From NCBI GenBank assembly GCA_963718235.1, contig CAVQYR010000001.1:320001-384000 (forward strand): DNA of 64,000 nucleotides, read 5' to 3'. Positions within the stretch are counted from its first letter, which is position 1. The number at the start of each line of letters is the position of its first letter. A program made the position numbers and the translations under genes. Shown piece by piece: positions 29,585-38,550 of the stretch. This DNA comes from an uncultured Actinomycetota bacterium (lineage in GTDB: Bacteria; Actinomycetota; Actinomycetes; JAHEKZ01). The notes under the pieces were generated by a model. It did no database searches, had not been told where the DNA came from, and worked only from the letters and a program-made list of their open reading frames with translations.

Positions 29585-30406
29585 GTGGTGAATGTCTTCG
29601 AGGCGACGCCAATCGATGTGCGATCTCTGCTCCCGGGTGACCGAGATGAACTGGTGGCATCCCTGGGGGCGCTTGCACCAGCCGAATGGGAATCGCCATC
29701 AGCCGCACCAGGCTGGAGTGTGAAGGACCTTGCCTTGCATTTGCTTGATGACGACCTCGGACTTCTCTCACGAAACCGAGATGGTGACAGCACGGGGCTG
29801 CTGGACGCGGCCGACCACGAGACCTTTGTCCGAGCCTTGGCGGCGAAGAACCAGCGGCGGATAGACGGTGCGCAAACCCTCAGCCACCGCGCCATCATCG
29901 ACCTACTGGACTGGGCTGGCAGTGAAGTTGATGCGTACTACTCCACCGTGGCGCTGACTGGTTACGGGCACGTGAGTTGGGCAAGCGACGAACCGGTTCC
30001 CATCTGGCTCGACATGGCTAGGGAATTCACCGAAAGGTGGGTCCATCAGATGCAGATCCGGGAGGCCGTAGGCCGGGTCGAACGCTATGCGGCTGCCTAT
30101 CTTCCGACCGTGCTCCGGACGTTCGTCTGGGCGATCCCCCACCAGTATCGAGTCGCTGCGGATCGAGGGGTAAGAGTCCAAATCGACCTGGGTTCCGGGG
30201 GCGTGTGGCACCTCGTGTGCAACGGGAAACTGGATTGGTCGCTCAACGAAGGTCCCGCTGTGTCTCCTGAGGCCCACGCGACGATCGGCGACGATTGCGG
30301 CTGGCGAATGTTCACCGGCGGGACGTATTCACCGGAAGGGCTCGATCTTCAAGGACCACCCCGTTTGTGTGAGCCTCTGCTGCAGGTGCGGGCGATCATC
30401 ATCTGA
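29585..30406 (+). CDS. Maleylpyruvate isomerase-like (MDMPI/DinB superfamily) protein
   Basis: EWESPSAAPGWSVKDLALHL and FTERWVHQMQIREAVG metal-binding motifs. Confidence 0.85.
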   Translation: MVNVFEATPIDVRSLLPGDRDELVASLGALAPAEWESPSAAPGWSVKDLALHLLDDDLGLLSRNRDGDSTGLLDAADHETFVRALAAKNQRRIDGAQTLSHRAIIDLLDWAGSEVDAYYSTVALTGYGHVSWASDEPVPIWLDMAREFTERWVHQMQIREAVGRVERYAAAYLPTVLRTFVWAIPHQYRVAADRGVRVQIDLGSGGVWHLVCNGKLDWSLNEGPAVSPEAHATIGDDCGWRMFTGGTYSPEGLDLQGPPRLCEPLLQVRAIII

Positions 30407-30671
30407 GTCCTGTGTGCACGCCAGTCCGCACGACGCAGCACCTCACCTAACAGGGTGGTCCTGGCATCTGCGGACAGTCGTGCCTGCTATCCCTTGTCAA
30501 GAAATCAGCCGCCGAGGGTGTTGATTCCAACCGTCGTGGAGCGGACCCCACTGATGAGCTACTGCAACCGCTACTGCAACGCCGAGGAACCGAGGGAGAC
30601 TTCGGGACACTTCCTGAGAATGATGTGAGCGTGCTGACACATCAGGAGACGCTCTGAGACGCCAGAACTAG

Positions 30672-30717
30672 GACTACGGATCAGAAGGTTGGGAGTTCGA
30701 GTCTCTCTGGGCGCGCA
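30672..30717 (+). repeat. att-like copy of the tRNA-Arg 3' half
   Basis: 45/46 identical to 25051-25096. Confidence 0.9.
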
Positions 30718-30759
30718 GTCATCGTTGCAGGTCAGAGTTGGGTTACGTCGCGGTAAGAG

Positions 30760-31216
30760 GCTTCGTGCGGATGTTCGCGACTGCCGCGGACTGGGTCACC
30801 TGCCTAACCGACGCGCACCACACCGGACGAGTGCACGACGAACCACGGCGCCTTGGCCGTTACCCGCTGATCGTGGTCGACGAGGTCGGATACATCCCTT
30901 TCGAACCCGAGGCTCCGAACCTGCTCTTCCAACTCGCCTCATCCCGCCATGAGCGCGCCCCAATGATCGTCACCAGGGACGACCCCTTCCGGCGCTGGGG
31001 GGAGGTATTCGGCGGCGACGTCGCGGCCGAAGCCATGATCAACCGGCTCGTCACCGCGCCGAAGTCATCGTTCAAGAAGAACAACCGCTACCGACTCAAA
31101 GACCGAGACTTCGGCTGCGTTCCCGCAGCCACCAACGGCAAGACCAACGACAACCAACCACAAGCGGAAAAACGTTCACCTGCCGAAGGGGGATCAGGCT
31201 TCAGCCGCCGTAGACA
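30760..31216 (+). mobile_element. istB: Degenerate IS21-family remnant: IstB ATPase C-terminal fragment and probable right end
   Basis: LIVVDEVGYIPFE, NLLFQL, RWGEVFG, YRLKDRD. Ends ...TCAGCCGCCGTAGACA. Walker A and istA are missing. Confidence 0.8.
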
Positions 31217-31233
31217 ACTGGCAGTATGGGGAC

Positions 31234-31998
31234 ATGAAGATCACCCGTGCGACGTTGGTGCGCCAGATTCGACGAATACCCGGCGCTGGCACCGTCAAGT
31301 CGAAGCTGAGCCCTGCCAAGCAGCAACCCACCACGGAGTCTGCCCAACGAACGCGCGGGGCGGAGCCCGCACGTAAGAAGCGCCCATTTCACGGCTCGGC
31401 AGACTTTTGGGAACAGCGCTATGCGATGGGCGGTGACTCCGGGCGTGGATCACGGGGAGTGCTTGCTGAGTACAAGGCTGAATTCCTGAGCGACTTCATC
31501 ATCACGCACGATGTCACGTCGGTCACGGAGCTGGGATGCGGAGATGGTGCGCAAATTTCCCTGGGCAACTATCCGCAATACACCGGTCTCGATGTTTCTG
31601 CCACGGCCGTGCGCTCCTGTGTCAAACGCTTCGCTGACGACCCGACCAAGACGTTCTCGGTCTACGCCTCCGGTGCAATTGCGGACCCGCGGGGCCTGTT
31701 GACATCTGATCTCGCGATGTCACTGGACGTGCTCTTCCACCTGGTGGAGCAGGAAGTGTTCGAACTCTACATGCAGGATCTCTTCAGTATGGCTCGCCGC
31801 TTCGTCATCATCTACGCGAGTGATGAACGTCCCGAATCGGCAAGCCCGTCCGTCACGAATCGCTCCTTCACTGAGTGGATCGAGCAGAACATCAACGGCT
31901 GGAAGCTCCAACAGCACGTGCCAAACCCGCATTCCTGGACCGGCGACCGCAGTACGTCCACATTCAGTGAGTTCTTCGTGTACGTGCCATCGGACTAG
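31234..31998 (+). CDS. Class I SAM-dependent methyltransferase
   Basis: FWEQRYAMGGDSGRGS, ELGCGDG, YTGLDVS, SLDVLFHL. Confidence 0.8.
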   Translation: MKITRATLVRQIRRIPGAGTVKSKLSPAKQQPTTESAQRTRGAEPARKKRPFHGSADFWEQRYAMGGDSGRGSRGVLAEYKAEFLSDFIITHDVTSVTELGCGDGAQISLGNYPQYTGLDVSATAVRSCVKRFADDPTKTFSVYASGAIADPRGLLTSDLAMSLDVLFHLVEQEVFELYMQDLFSMARRFVIIYASDERPESASPSVTNRSFTEWIEQNINGWKLQQHVPNPHSWTGDRSTSTFSEFFVYVPSD

Positions 31999-32089
31999 AG
32001 AGTGTTTGTCTGTCGGGTCCGGCGGAAGTCGTCGAACTTCCGACGAAACTGCGTAAGGGCTTACGGCACGCGCGACACACCAGCGCCCA

Positions 32090-32134
32090 GACTAAGGATC
32101 AGAAGGCTGGGAGTTTGAGTCTCTCCGGGCGCGC
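32090..32134 (+). repeat. Second, more degenerate att-like copy of the tRNA-Arg 3' half
   Basis: 42/45 identical to 25051-25095. Confidence 0.88.
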
Positions 32135-32551
32135 CACGTTTATGCAGGTCAAGCGCTTTCCTCGATCGTGGGGAATCGGCTCTTGGCTTCTTGGGCCTAG
32201 ATGCTGCAGTGCTTGCTTCAACGTGCCAGAGTGCTGACTCACCCCGCCTCATGTTTGCCGGTGCGACCGCGTCGTGCCGGGCGGACGCTTGTTGATCCAT
32301 CCAGGTGGCGGTCGTGTGTCGCTACTGGTGGATCGTCCCGGTTCGGCCGAGGCCGAGTCCCTCCACATGGTCGCGCACTAGCAGGACAGCCTCCACTTCC
32401 TGCGCCTTCAGATCTCCTCCGCACGCCCGGTTGGGGTGTGAGGCAGTTCATCTACCGACAACCTGTCGGGAGTCGAGGCTGTAGCCGGATTTGCGCACAA
32501 CTAACCCTCGCTTTGGCGGTACCAGCCGGTTGCCAGAGTCGAGGGGCTAGA

Positions 32552-33575
32552 CGTAGTTCCCAGGGACGTTGGTCAGGCCGCCGCCAGGGCGGTGATGGGT
32601 GCCTTGTGGCCGAGTGAGCCGTGGGGTCGCTGGTGGTGGTAGTAGTTCAGCCAGTGTGGCAGGGCTGCGCGGCGGTGGTTGCTGGTGGTGTAGGTCGCGG
32701 CGTAGGCCCACTCGCGGAGCAGGGTCTGGATGAATCGTTCGGCCTTGCCGTTGGTGCGTGGCCGGTAGGGCCGGGTCCGGATGTGGACGATGCCGCGGGC
32801 CTCGCAGGTCACCGCCCACAGCTTCGAGACGTAGGCGGATCCGTTGTCGGTCATGACTTCTCGCACGGTGATGCCGCGTTCGGCGAACCAGGCGATGGCT
32901 CGGTGCAGGAACCCGACGGTGACCGCCGCGGTCTGGTTGGGCAGGACTTCGACATAGGCCAGGCGGGTCGCGTCGTCGACGGCGACGTGGACGGCCTCCC
33001 ACCCGGCGTTGGGGGTGTGCCGGCCCGGGCCTTGTCCCAGGACCCGCTTGCCCGGGCGGGCGAAGCGGCCGAGGGTCTTGATGTCGAGGTGGATCAGCTC
33101 ACCGGCGTGGCGTCGGCAGTACCGGTTCGCGGGCTCGGGCGGCTCGAGGTGGGACAGCCGGTTGAGCCCGACCCGGGCGAGCACTGCGCAGACCGTGGAC
33201 ACGGCCATGCCCAGCTCCGCGGCGATCATCGAACTGGTCCGGCGCAGTCGACGCAGCGCCACGATCGCCGCCTCCACCGTGGCCGAGGTCCGGGACGGAG
33301 ACGAGTGCGGCCGCGAAGACCGATCCGTCATCGGTTCGCCGCGGTCATAGCGGCCCAGCCAGATCCGGACCCGGCGCTCGCTCATGTTCGCCGCCTCGGC
33401 GGCCTCGGCGACGGTCCAGCCCTCGAGGCGGACCCGCTCACACATGAGCAGGCGCCCCAACGGGGACAGGCGGGCATTAGCGTGGACGTTCATCGGGCTC
33501 CTTGAGGACGAGAGCGACTAAGCACCCTCAACTTCTCAAGGAGCCCGACCCGGAACAACCTGCCTGGGAACTACA
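32552..33575 (-). mobile_element. IS481-family insertion sequence (1024 bp) with 6-bp target duplication GCTAGA
   Basis: Terminal inverted repeats (C/T)GTAGTTCCCAGG. GCTAGA at 32546-32551 and 33576-33581. Confidence 0.92.
32573..33493 (-). CDS. IS481 family DDE transposase
   Basis: HANARLSPLGR, LIHLDIK, AVDDATRLAY, MTDNGSAY, PRTNGKAERF. Confidence 0.95.
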   Translation of the reverse strand: MNVHANARLSPLGRLLMCERVRLEGWTVAEAAEAANMSERRVRIWLGRYDRGEPMTDRSSRPHSSPSRTSATVEAAIVALRRLRRTSSMIAAELGMAVSTVCAVLARVGLNRLSHLEPPEPANRYCRRHAGELIHLDIKTLGRFARPGKRVLGQGPGRHTPNAGWEAVHVAVDDATRLAYVEVLPNQTAAVTVGFLHRAIAWFAERGITVREVMTDNGSAYVSKLWAVTCEARGIVHIRTRPYRPRTNGKAERFIQTLLREWAYAATYTTSNHRRAALPHWLNYYHHQRPHGSLGHKAPITALAAA

Positions 33576-33607
33576 GCTAGATGCCACCAGTCGCGGTGCA
33601 AGGGCGG

Positions 33608-34507
33608 TCAGCGGGTGGTGACGGTCGCGGTGTTCGAGGTCACACTTCCGGATCCATCGGTGGCGAGCAGCCGATAGGAGTACACCTTCTTGCACTTGAC
33701 GTTGGAGTCGGCGTACGCGTTAGAGGAGGGTGCGACGGTGGCGATGGGTGAGAACGAGGTGCAGTTGGTGCCGCGGCAGCGTTGCACTGTCAGGCTGCTC
33801 GTTGTGCTCGGGGGGTTTGACCAGGTGAGATCCACCCGACCTCGAGCGGGGGCGAGAGCCACCAGGTTCTGCGGAGGGACCAGTCCGAGAGTCACCGTCA
33901 CCACCGTGGAGACGGCGTCGACACTGAAGCCGGACTGCACCGTGAGGATGACCGTGTAGCTGCCGGGGGCAGCGAAGGTGTGGCTCAAGACGGGCGCGGT
34001 CGAGCTCGATCCGTCGCCGAATGACCACGTGTAGCTGTCGACCGGCCCGCCTCCGAACGCAGTGGAGCTGCGGCCATCGAAGGTTACGGTGAGGGGAGCG
34101 GAACCAGATGTTGGGGTGGCGGTGAACGAGGCGACCGGCTCCTCGGTTCCCAACAGCATGATCTCGGCTACGTTGCTGAAGGCGGATGTGCCCGAGGCGT
34201 TGATCGCCGCAACTCGGTACCGGTTAACTCCCGCGTCCGACGTCGGGTCGAGGTAGGACGTCGAGTCGGCCCCAACAGTGGCGATCTGCCGGAAGCTTGT
34301 GCAGCCGGATCCCTGGCATGACTCTACCGTGAACAGGGCTTCGTCGGTCGAGTCGTCCTGCCATGACAGGGCCACGCCCCCAGCGCCGAAGTCGGCCGTG
34401 AGGTTCGACGGGCTGGCGGGTGCGGCCACGGCGGTGACCGCGGTGGCCACGACCAATGTCGTGGAGACTGCCGCCAGCGCGAGGATCCGGGCAGTCAGGC
34501 GAATCAT
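33608..34507 (-). CDS. Secreted Fn3-PKD-Fn3 domain protein
   Basis: Signal peptide, PKD motif YTWSFGDG...HTFAAPGSYTVIL, and two Fn3-like modules each with a CxGxxCTSF motif. Confidence 0.8.
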   Translation of the reverse strand: MIRLTARILALAAVSTTLVVATAVTAVAAPASPSNLTADFGAGGVALSWQDDSTDEALFTVESCQGSGCTSFRQIATVGADSTSYLDPTSDAGVNRYRVAAINASGTSAFSNVAEIMLLGTEEPVASFTATPTSGSAPLTVTFDGRSSTAFGGGPVDSYTWSFGDGSSSTAPVLSHTFAAPGSYTVILTVQSGFSVDAVSTVVTVTLGLVPPQNLVALAPARGRVDLTWSNPPSTTSSLTVQRCRGTNCTSFSPIATVAPSSNAYADSNVKCKKVYSYRLLATDGSGSVTSNTATVTTR

Positions 34508-34689
34508 GGTTGTCCTTCTCTCCTCGGAGGCGGCGTGGGCGCTGCTCCCGATTCAATCACCTCGGAGCCGGTTGGGGGTCGAGCCCACAAGAACGGACGA
34601 TGAAGGAGCTGCTCCACTGGACACACGACAGGCACGAGAAACTGCTGCCGCTCGTGTTCAGGAAGCTGGCAGGTGGACCGAGTAACCCG

Positions 34690-35030
34690 CCGGTGTCGGC
34701 TGATGGTGCGCTGCGCCAGGCTGCGCATGACTGGGTGACCGCGTCGATCGCACCGTTCACCTCAACATGCTGATGGCCTACTTCATCGGTCATCGCCAAC
34801 TGGTCCTTCGCCCGCTCGGCAAGCAGCGGATACAGCAGCGAGTCTTCGCTCTCGTGGTGGTGGTGCAGTACGCCGATGACGAAGTCGATGTGGTTGGCCA
34901 AGAACGTCACGCGTTGCGCCGATGGCGTGGGGTCTGCAAGCACTAGTTGCGCGGACTCCTCGAAAGCCCTCCTGAACGTCTTGTGCACGATCGCCATGTC
35001 CCTGACATCGATGGGTTGAGTGGCTGACAT
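34690..35030 (-). pseudogene. Hemerythrin (HHE) domain protein, apparently 3'-truncated
   Basis: MAIVHKTFRR, LHHHHESED.LLYPLL, HQH. Family resemblance is lost after ADTGG and the second HxxxE motif is absent. Confidence 0.65.
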
Positions 35031-35231
35031 CTTGGAGCCTCCTTCGGGGGAGTTGGATGCTGCAGATCGCCGAGTCTGACGCCGCTTGGGTAGAGATCCT
35101 CGCCGTCGGCGAAGCCGGTGGCGTATGTCACCGCTGCCGAATACCCTCGCCGTCCTAAGGTTCACCGCTGTCGGTTGCCGGGGCCGCGACCCGTTAGCGC
35201 CACACCCGAGGTGCAGCGACTGGAGGTTCTC

Positions 35232-35855
35232 ATGACTCACCTGACCGTGGACTTGCGCCCGGTGCAGATTGAGCACCAGTTCGGCGCGCAGCTGGCCCTC
35301 GTCGGGGCGGGCTGCGGCCTAGCGTGGTCGTGTGCGCTGCGGGGGTGGATGACGGCCATCGCCGGACCGGAGTCCACCGTCACCTGGGCGGGCACGGTCG
35401 GCGGGGTTCTCGCCCCGGCGACCGTCGTCGGTGGTCTGCTGGGCTGGGCGGAAGCCCGACGCCGCGCCGGGAAGCCACCGTCGGGCTGGTTGGTGGCCAG
35501 TCCCGCGCTGTTGGGGTTGGCGCCGCTGGCGGTGCCGGGTGTGCTCACCAGCCTCGTGACCACCGGCCAGGGCTCCGGGGCGCTCGGGATGGTCTCGTTG
35601 GCGATGCTTGCCGGGTACTCGTTGTCGGGACGAGGCAGCCGTCGGCGCCGTACCGGGGCAGCCGTGCTCGGCTTCGCCGTTGTACCCGCCGTGTGGCTGG
35701 CACCGCCGATGACACCTGACCTGGACCCGACCACGCCGTACGGGGCGCTGGTCGCCATGACGTTCACGACGCTGTTCGTTGGCCTTGCAGCTGCCTGCGC
35801 CCTACCGATGCGCGACGCAACGGCAGCGGCCATCGGCGGCCGCCCGATGGACTGA
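35232..35855 (+). CDS. Hypothetical multi-TM membrane protein
   Basis: GGAGG RBS and about 6 hydrophobic segments. Confidence 0.7.
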   Translation: MTHLTVDLRPVQIEHQFGAQLALVGAGCGLAWSCALRGWMTAIAGPESTVTWAGTVGGVLAPATVVGGLLGWAEARRRAGKPPSGWLVASPALLGLAPLAVPGVLTSLVTTGQGSGALGMVSLAMLAGYSLSGRGSRRRRTGAAVLGFAVVPAVWLAPPMTPDLDPTTPYGALVAMTFTTLFVGLAAACALPMRDATAAAIGGRPMD

Positions 35856-35909
35856 GACACAACCCGCGGCCGACCCGCATCCCCCGAGCGGTGCGGCGGC
35901 GCGGGGCGA

Positions 35910-36881
35910 CTACCGCACGGGCTCGCTGGCGAAGAGGTCCAGTCCCAGCTCCTCCGACAGGGCTCTCGCGGCCAGCCCGCCTCGGACGCTGTTGCCGTGG
36001 GCGTCCAGTCGGGGCGAGTACGTCCCCATCCCGCCCTTGCCGGGAGCCACGGTGACGATGCCCCCGCCGATACCGCTCTTGGCGGGCAGGCCCACCTCGC
36101 ACAGCCACTGACCCGATCCGGTGTACATGCCGGCGGTCGTCATCACGGCGAGTACGAAACGTGCCGTATCCGCCCCCACGACCGCCTCACCGGTGATGGG
36201 GTTCACCCCGCCATCAGCGAGAGTCGCCCCCATCACGGCCAGATCGCGCGCTGTGACGCGCAGGCACGACTGCCGGGTGTAGCGGTCGAGTGCCTCCGCC
36301 GGGTCACCGGTGATCCGTCCGCGTTCCCCCAGGGCCGCCGTGATCTCGCGGTTCCGCAGGTTCGTGGCGGACGCCGATGCGTACGTCTCCTCGTCGAGGG
36401 CGAGGGGGTGGCCGGCGAACGCGGAGAGTCCTTGGAGCAGGTGCTGCCAACGGTCCTGGGCGTCCTGGCCCCGAATCAGGGCGCTAGTGGCGATGGCTCC
36501 GGCATTGACCATCGGGTTGGTCCGACCGTCGGTGGCGTCCAGCACCGCGTCCACCGAGTCGAAAGGTCGACCGGTGGCGTCGACCCCGATGCCCGAGATG
36601 ACGGCCTCGACCCCGATCGCCTCGACCACGAGGGCGAGGGTGAACGGCTTGGCCACGCTCATCATCGCGAATGGTGCGTCGACATCCCCGGCGACGACCT
36701 CCGTGCCGCGAGCGCCGACCACACAGATGCCGAAGAGGTCCGGCGAGACCGCCTGCAGTGCCGGGTAGACGCTGCTCACCTCGCCGTCGACGACACCGAT
36801 CAGGCTGCGGTGGGTCTGCTCGACCAGTCGCTGCACCTCGTCGTCGGTGGGCAGCCGTCCGGTGCTGACATGACGGACCAT
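35910..36881 (-). CDS. glsA: Glutaminase A
   Basis: MSVAKPF (SxxK), NPMVNAGAI, GLPAKSGIGGGI, SPRLDAHGNSVRG. Confidence 0.93.
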   Translation of the reverse strand: MVRHVSTGRLPTDDEVQRLVEQTHRSLIGVVDGEVSSVYPALQAVSPDLFGICVVGARGTEVVAGDVDAPFAMMSVAKPFTLALVVEAIGVEAVISGIGVDATGRPFDSVDAVLDATDGRTNPMVNAGAIATSALIRGQDAQDRWQHLLQGLSAFAGHPLALDEETYASASATNLRNREITAALGERGRITGDPAEALDRYTRQSCLRVTARDLAVMGATLADGGVNPITGEAVVGADTARFVLAVMTTAGMYTGSGQWLCEVGLPAKSGIGGGIVTVAPGKGGMGTYSPRLDAHGNSVRGGLAARALSEELGLDLFASEPVR

Positions 36882-36891
36882 CAGATGCCGA

Positions 36892-38550
36892 TCAGAATCC
36901 CCAGGGGATGCCCAGCAGGTACCAGGCAAGGAAGAACGCCGTCCACGCGATCGACATCAGCACGAAGTAGGGGAGCATCAGCGCGATGACGGTGCCGATC
37001 CCCGAGCGCTTGTCGTAGCGCGCAGCGAACACCACGATCAGCGGGAAGTACGCCATGATCGGGGTCACGATGTTGACCGGCGAGTCACCAACCCGGTAGG
37101 CGGCGAGCACCGCCTCCGGCTCGACCCCGAGTCGCAGGAAGAGCGGGATGAAGATCGGCGCCAGCAAGGCCCACTTCGCGATCGCCTGGGGGATCAAGAT
37201 GCCTACGACCAGCGTGATGAGGATCGCGAGGAGCAGCAGCCAGCCGGAGCCGATGTCGAGGCCTTCGATGAGGTCCCCGAGCTTGACGGCCGCCACCTGC
37301 GGCATGTTCGAGTAGTTGAAGTAGGCGATGAACTGCGCGATCAGCAGGAAGAGCAGCAGCAGGCCAGCCAGCCCTGCCCAGGACTTGGTGATGGCGTCGA
37401 TGATGTCGCCCTTGCCTCGCAGCGTCCCCGCGCCGCGCGCGAAGCCGACTCCAGCGGCGAAGAAGAGCACCGAGATCGTGACGATGAGCCCGTCCATGAA
37501 GGGCGAGGTGCCAATGATGCTGCCCGTCTCAGGGTCACGCAGTGGTGCGTTCGGAAGCACCGTGAGCAGCGTGATGCCGAGCGTGGCGGCGAGGAACCAG
37601 ATGCCGGACATCCGCAGCCCGCGACGCTCCGCCTGCTCATCGATCTCCGGCGCCTCGTCAGCGGACTGGATCTGGGGGCTGTCGGCATCGGGGGCCACCG
37701 AAGGGTCGTAGGCGCCCAGCCGGCGCTCGACGAGCCGGGAAGTCGTGATCCCGAGGAGGATGGTGAGCAGGACGGTGGAACCGATCCCGAACCAGAAGTT
37801 GGCCGTCAGGTCGATCGACTGGCTGGGGTCGACCAAGGCGATCGACTCGTTCGTGATCTCGGTCAGCACTGCGTCCGTGGGCGTGATCAGCAGGTTGACG
37901 CCGAAGCCGCCGGCGACCCCGGCGAAGGCGGCCGCCATGCCGGCGAGCGGGTGCCTGCCGACGCTCTTGAAGGCAACCGCCCCGAGTGGAATGAGTACGA
38001 GGTAACCGGCGTCCGACGCGATGCTCGAGATGATCCCCAGGAAGACGATGATGTAGGTGAGCGCTGCAGGAGAGGACGCATCCACCAGCCTCCGAATGAG
38101 GGCCGCGATGAGTCCGGACCGTTCGGCGACGCCGACCCCGATCATGACGATCAGGATGATGCCCATCGCGGTGAAACCCATGAAGTTGGGCACGAACGAG
38201 GTGAACAGGTACCGGACACCATCGGCCGTCAGCAGGCCTTCGATCTGGACGGTCTTCTCGACGACCTCGTAGTCGTTGGCGTCCGGCGGTTCGGACGGCA
38301 TGGTCTCGGCCGGGAGCGTCGAGCCCCCGACGTACTCCGCCTCGACCCCCTGAGGTGGCGGCTGGACCACCTCGTAGGTGGCGGAGACGCCAACCCAGGC
38401 CAGCACCTGCGACAGCAAGATCACGCCGATGCAGAGGGCGAGGAACATGATGGCCGGGTGCGGCACCTTGTTGCCGACCCGCTCGATCAGGTCGAGGGTG
38501 CGGGCGACGACCCCAGGCTTCTCGTCGGCAACGGCGGTCGCGGCGCTCAC
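36892..38550 (-). CDS. abgT: AbgT family transporter
   Basis: IERVGNKVPHP, GRHPLAG, YRVGDSPVNIVTP, GIGTVIALMLPY. Confidence 0.92.
   Translation of the reverse strand: MSAATAVADEKPGVVARTLDLIERVGNKVPHPAIMFLALCIGVILLSQVLAWVGVSATYEVVQPPPQGVEAEYVGGSTLPAETMPSEPPDANDYEVVEKTVQIEGLLTADGVRYLFTSFVPNFMGFTAMGIILIVMIGVGVAERSGLIAALIRRLVDASSPAALTYIIVFLGIISSIASDAGYLVLIPLGAVAFKSVGRHPLAGMAAAFAGVAGGFGVNLLITPTDAVLTEITNESIALVDPSQSIDLTANFWFGIGSTVLLTILLGITTSRLVERRLGAYDPSVAPDADSPQIQSADEAPEIDEQAERRGLRMSGIWFLAATLGITLLTVLPNAPLRDPETGSIIGTSPFMDGLIVTISVLFFAAGVGFARGAGTLRGKGDIIDAITKSWAGLAGLLLLFLLIAQFIAYFNYSNMPQVAAVKLGDLIEGLDIGSGWLLLLAILITLVVGILIPQAIAKWALLAPIFIPLFLRLGVEPEAVLAAYRVGDSPVNIVTPIMAYFPLIVVFAARYDKRSGIGTVIALMLPYFVLMSIAWTAFFLAWYLLGIPWGF

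Noticed and set aside
30672-30717. Additional tRNA-Arg genes (also 32090-32134)
   Set aside because: They lack the 5' acceptor strand and D-arm, so they are treated as att remnants.
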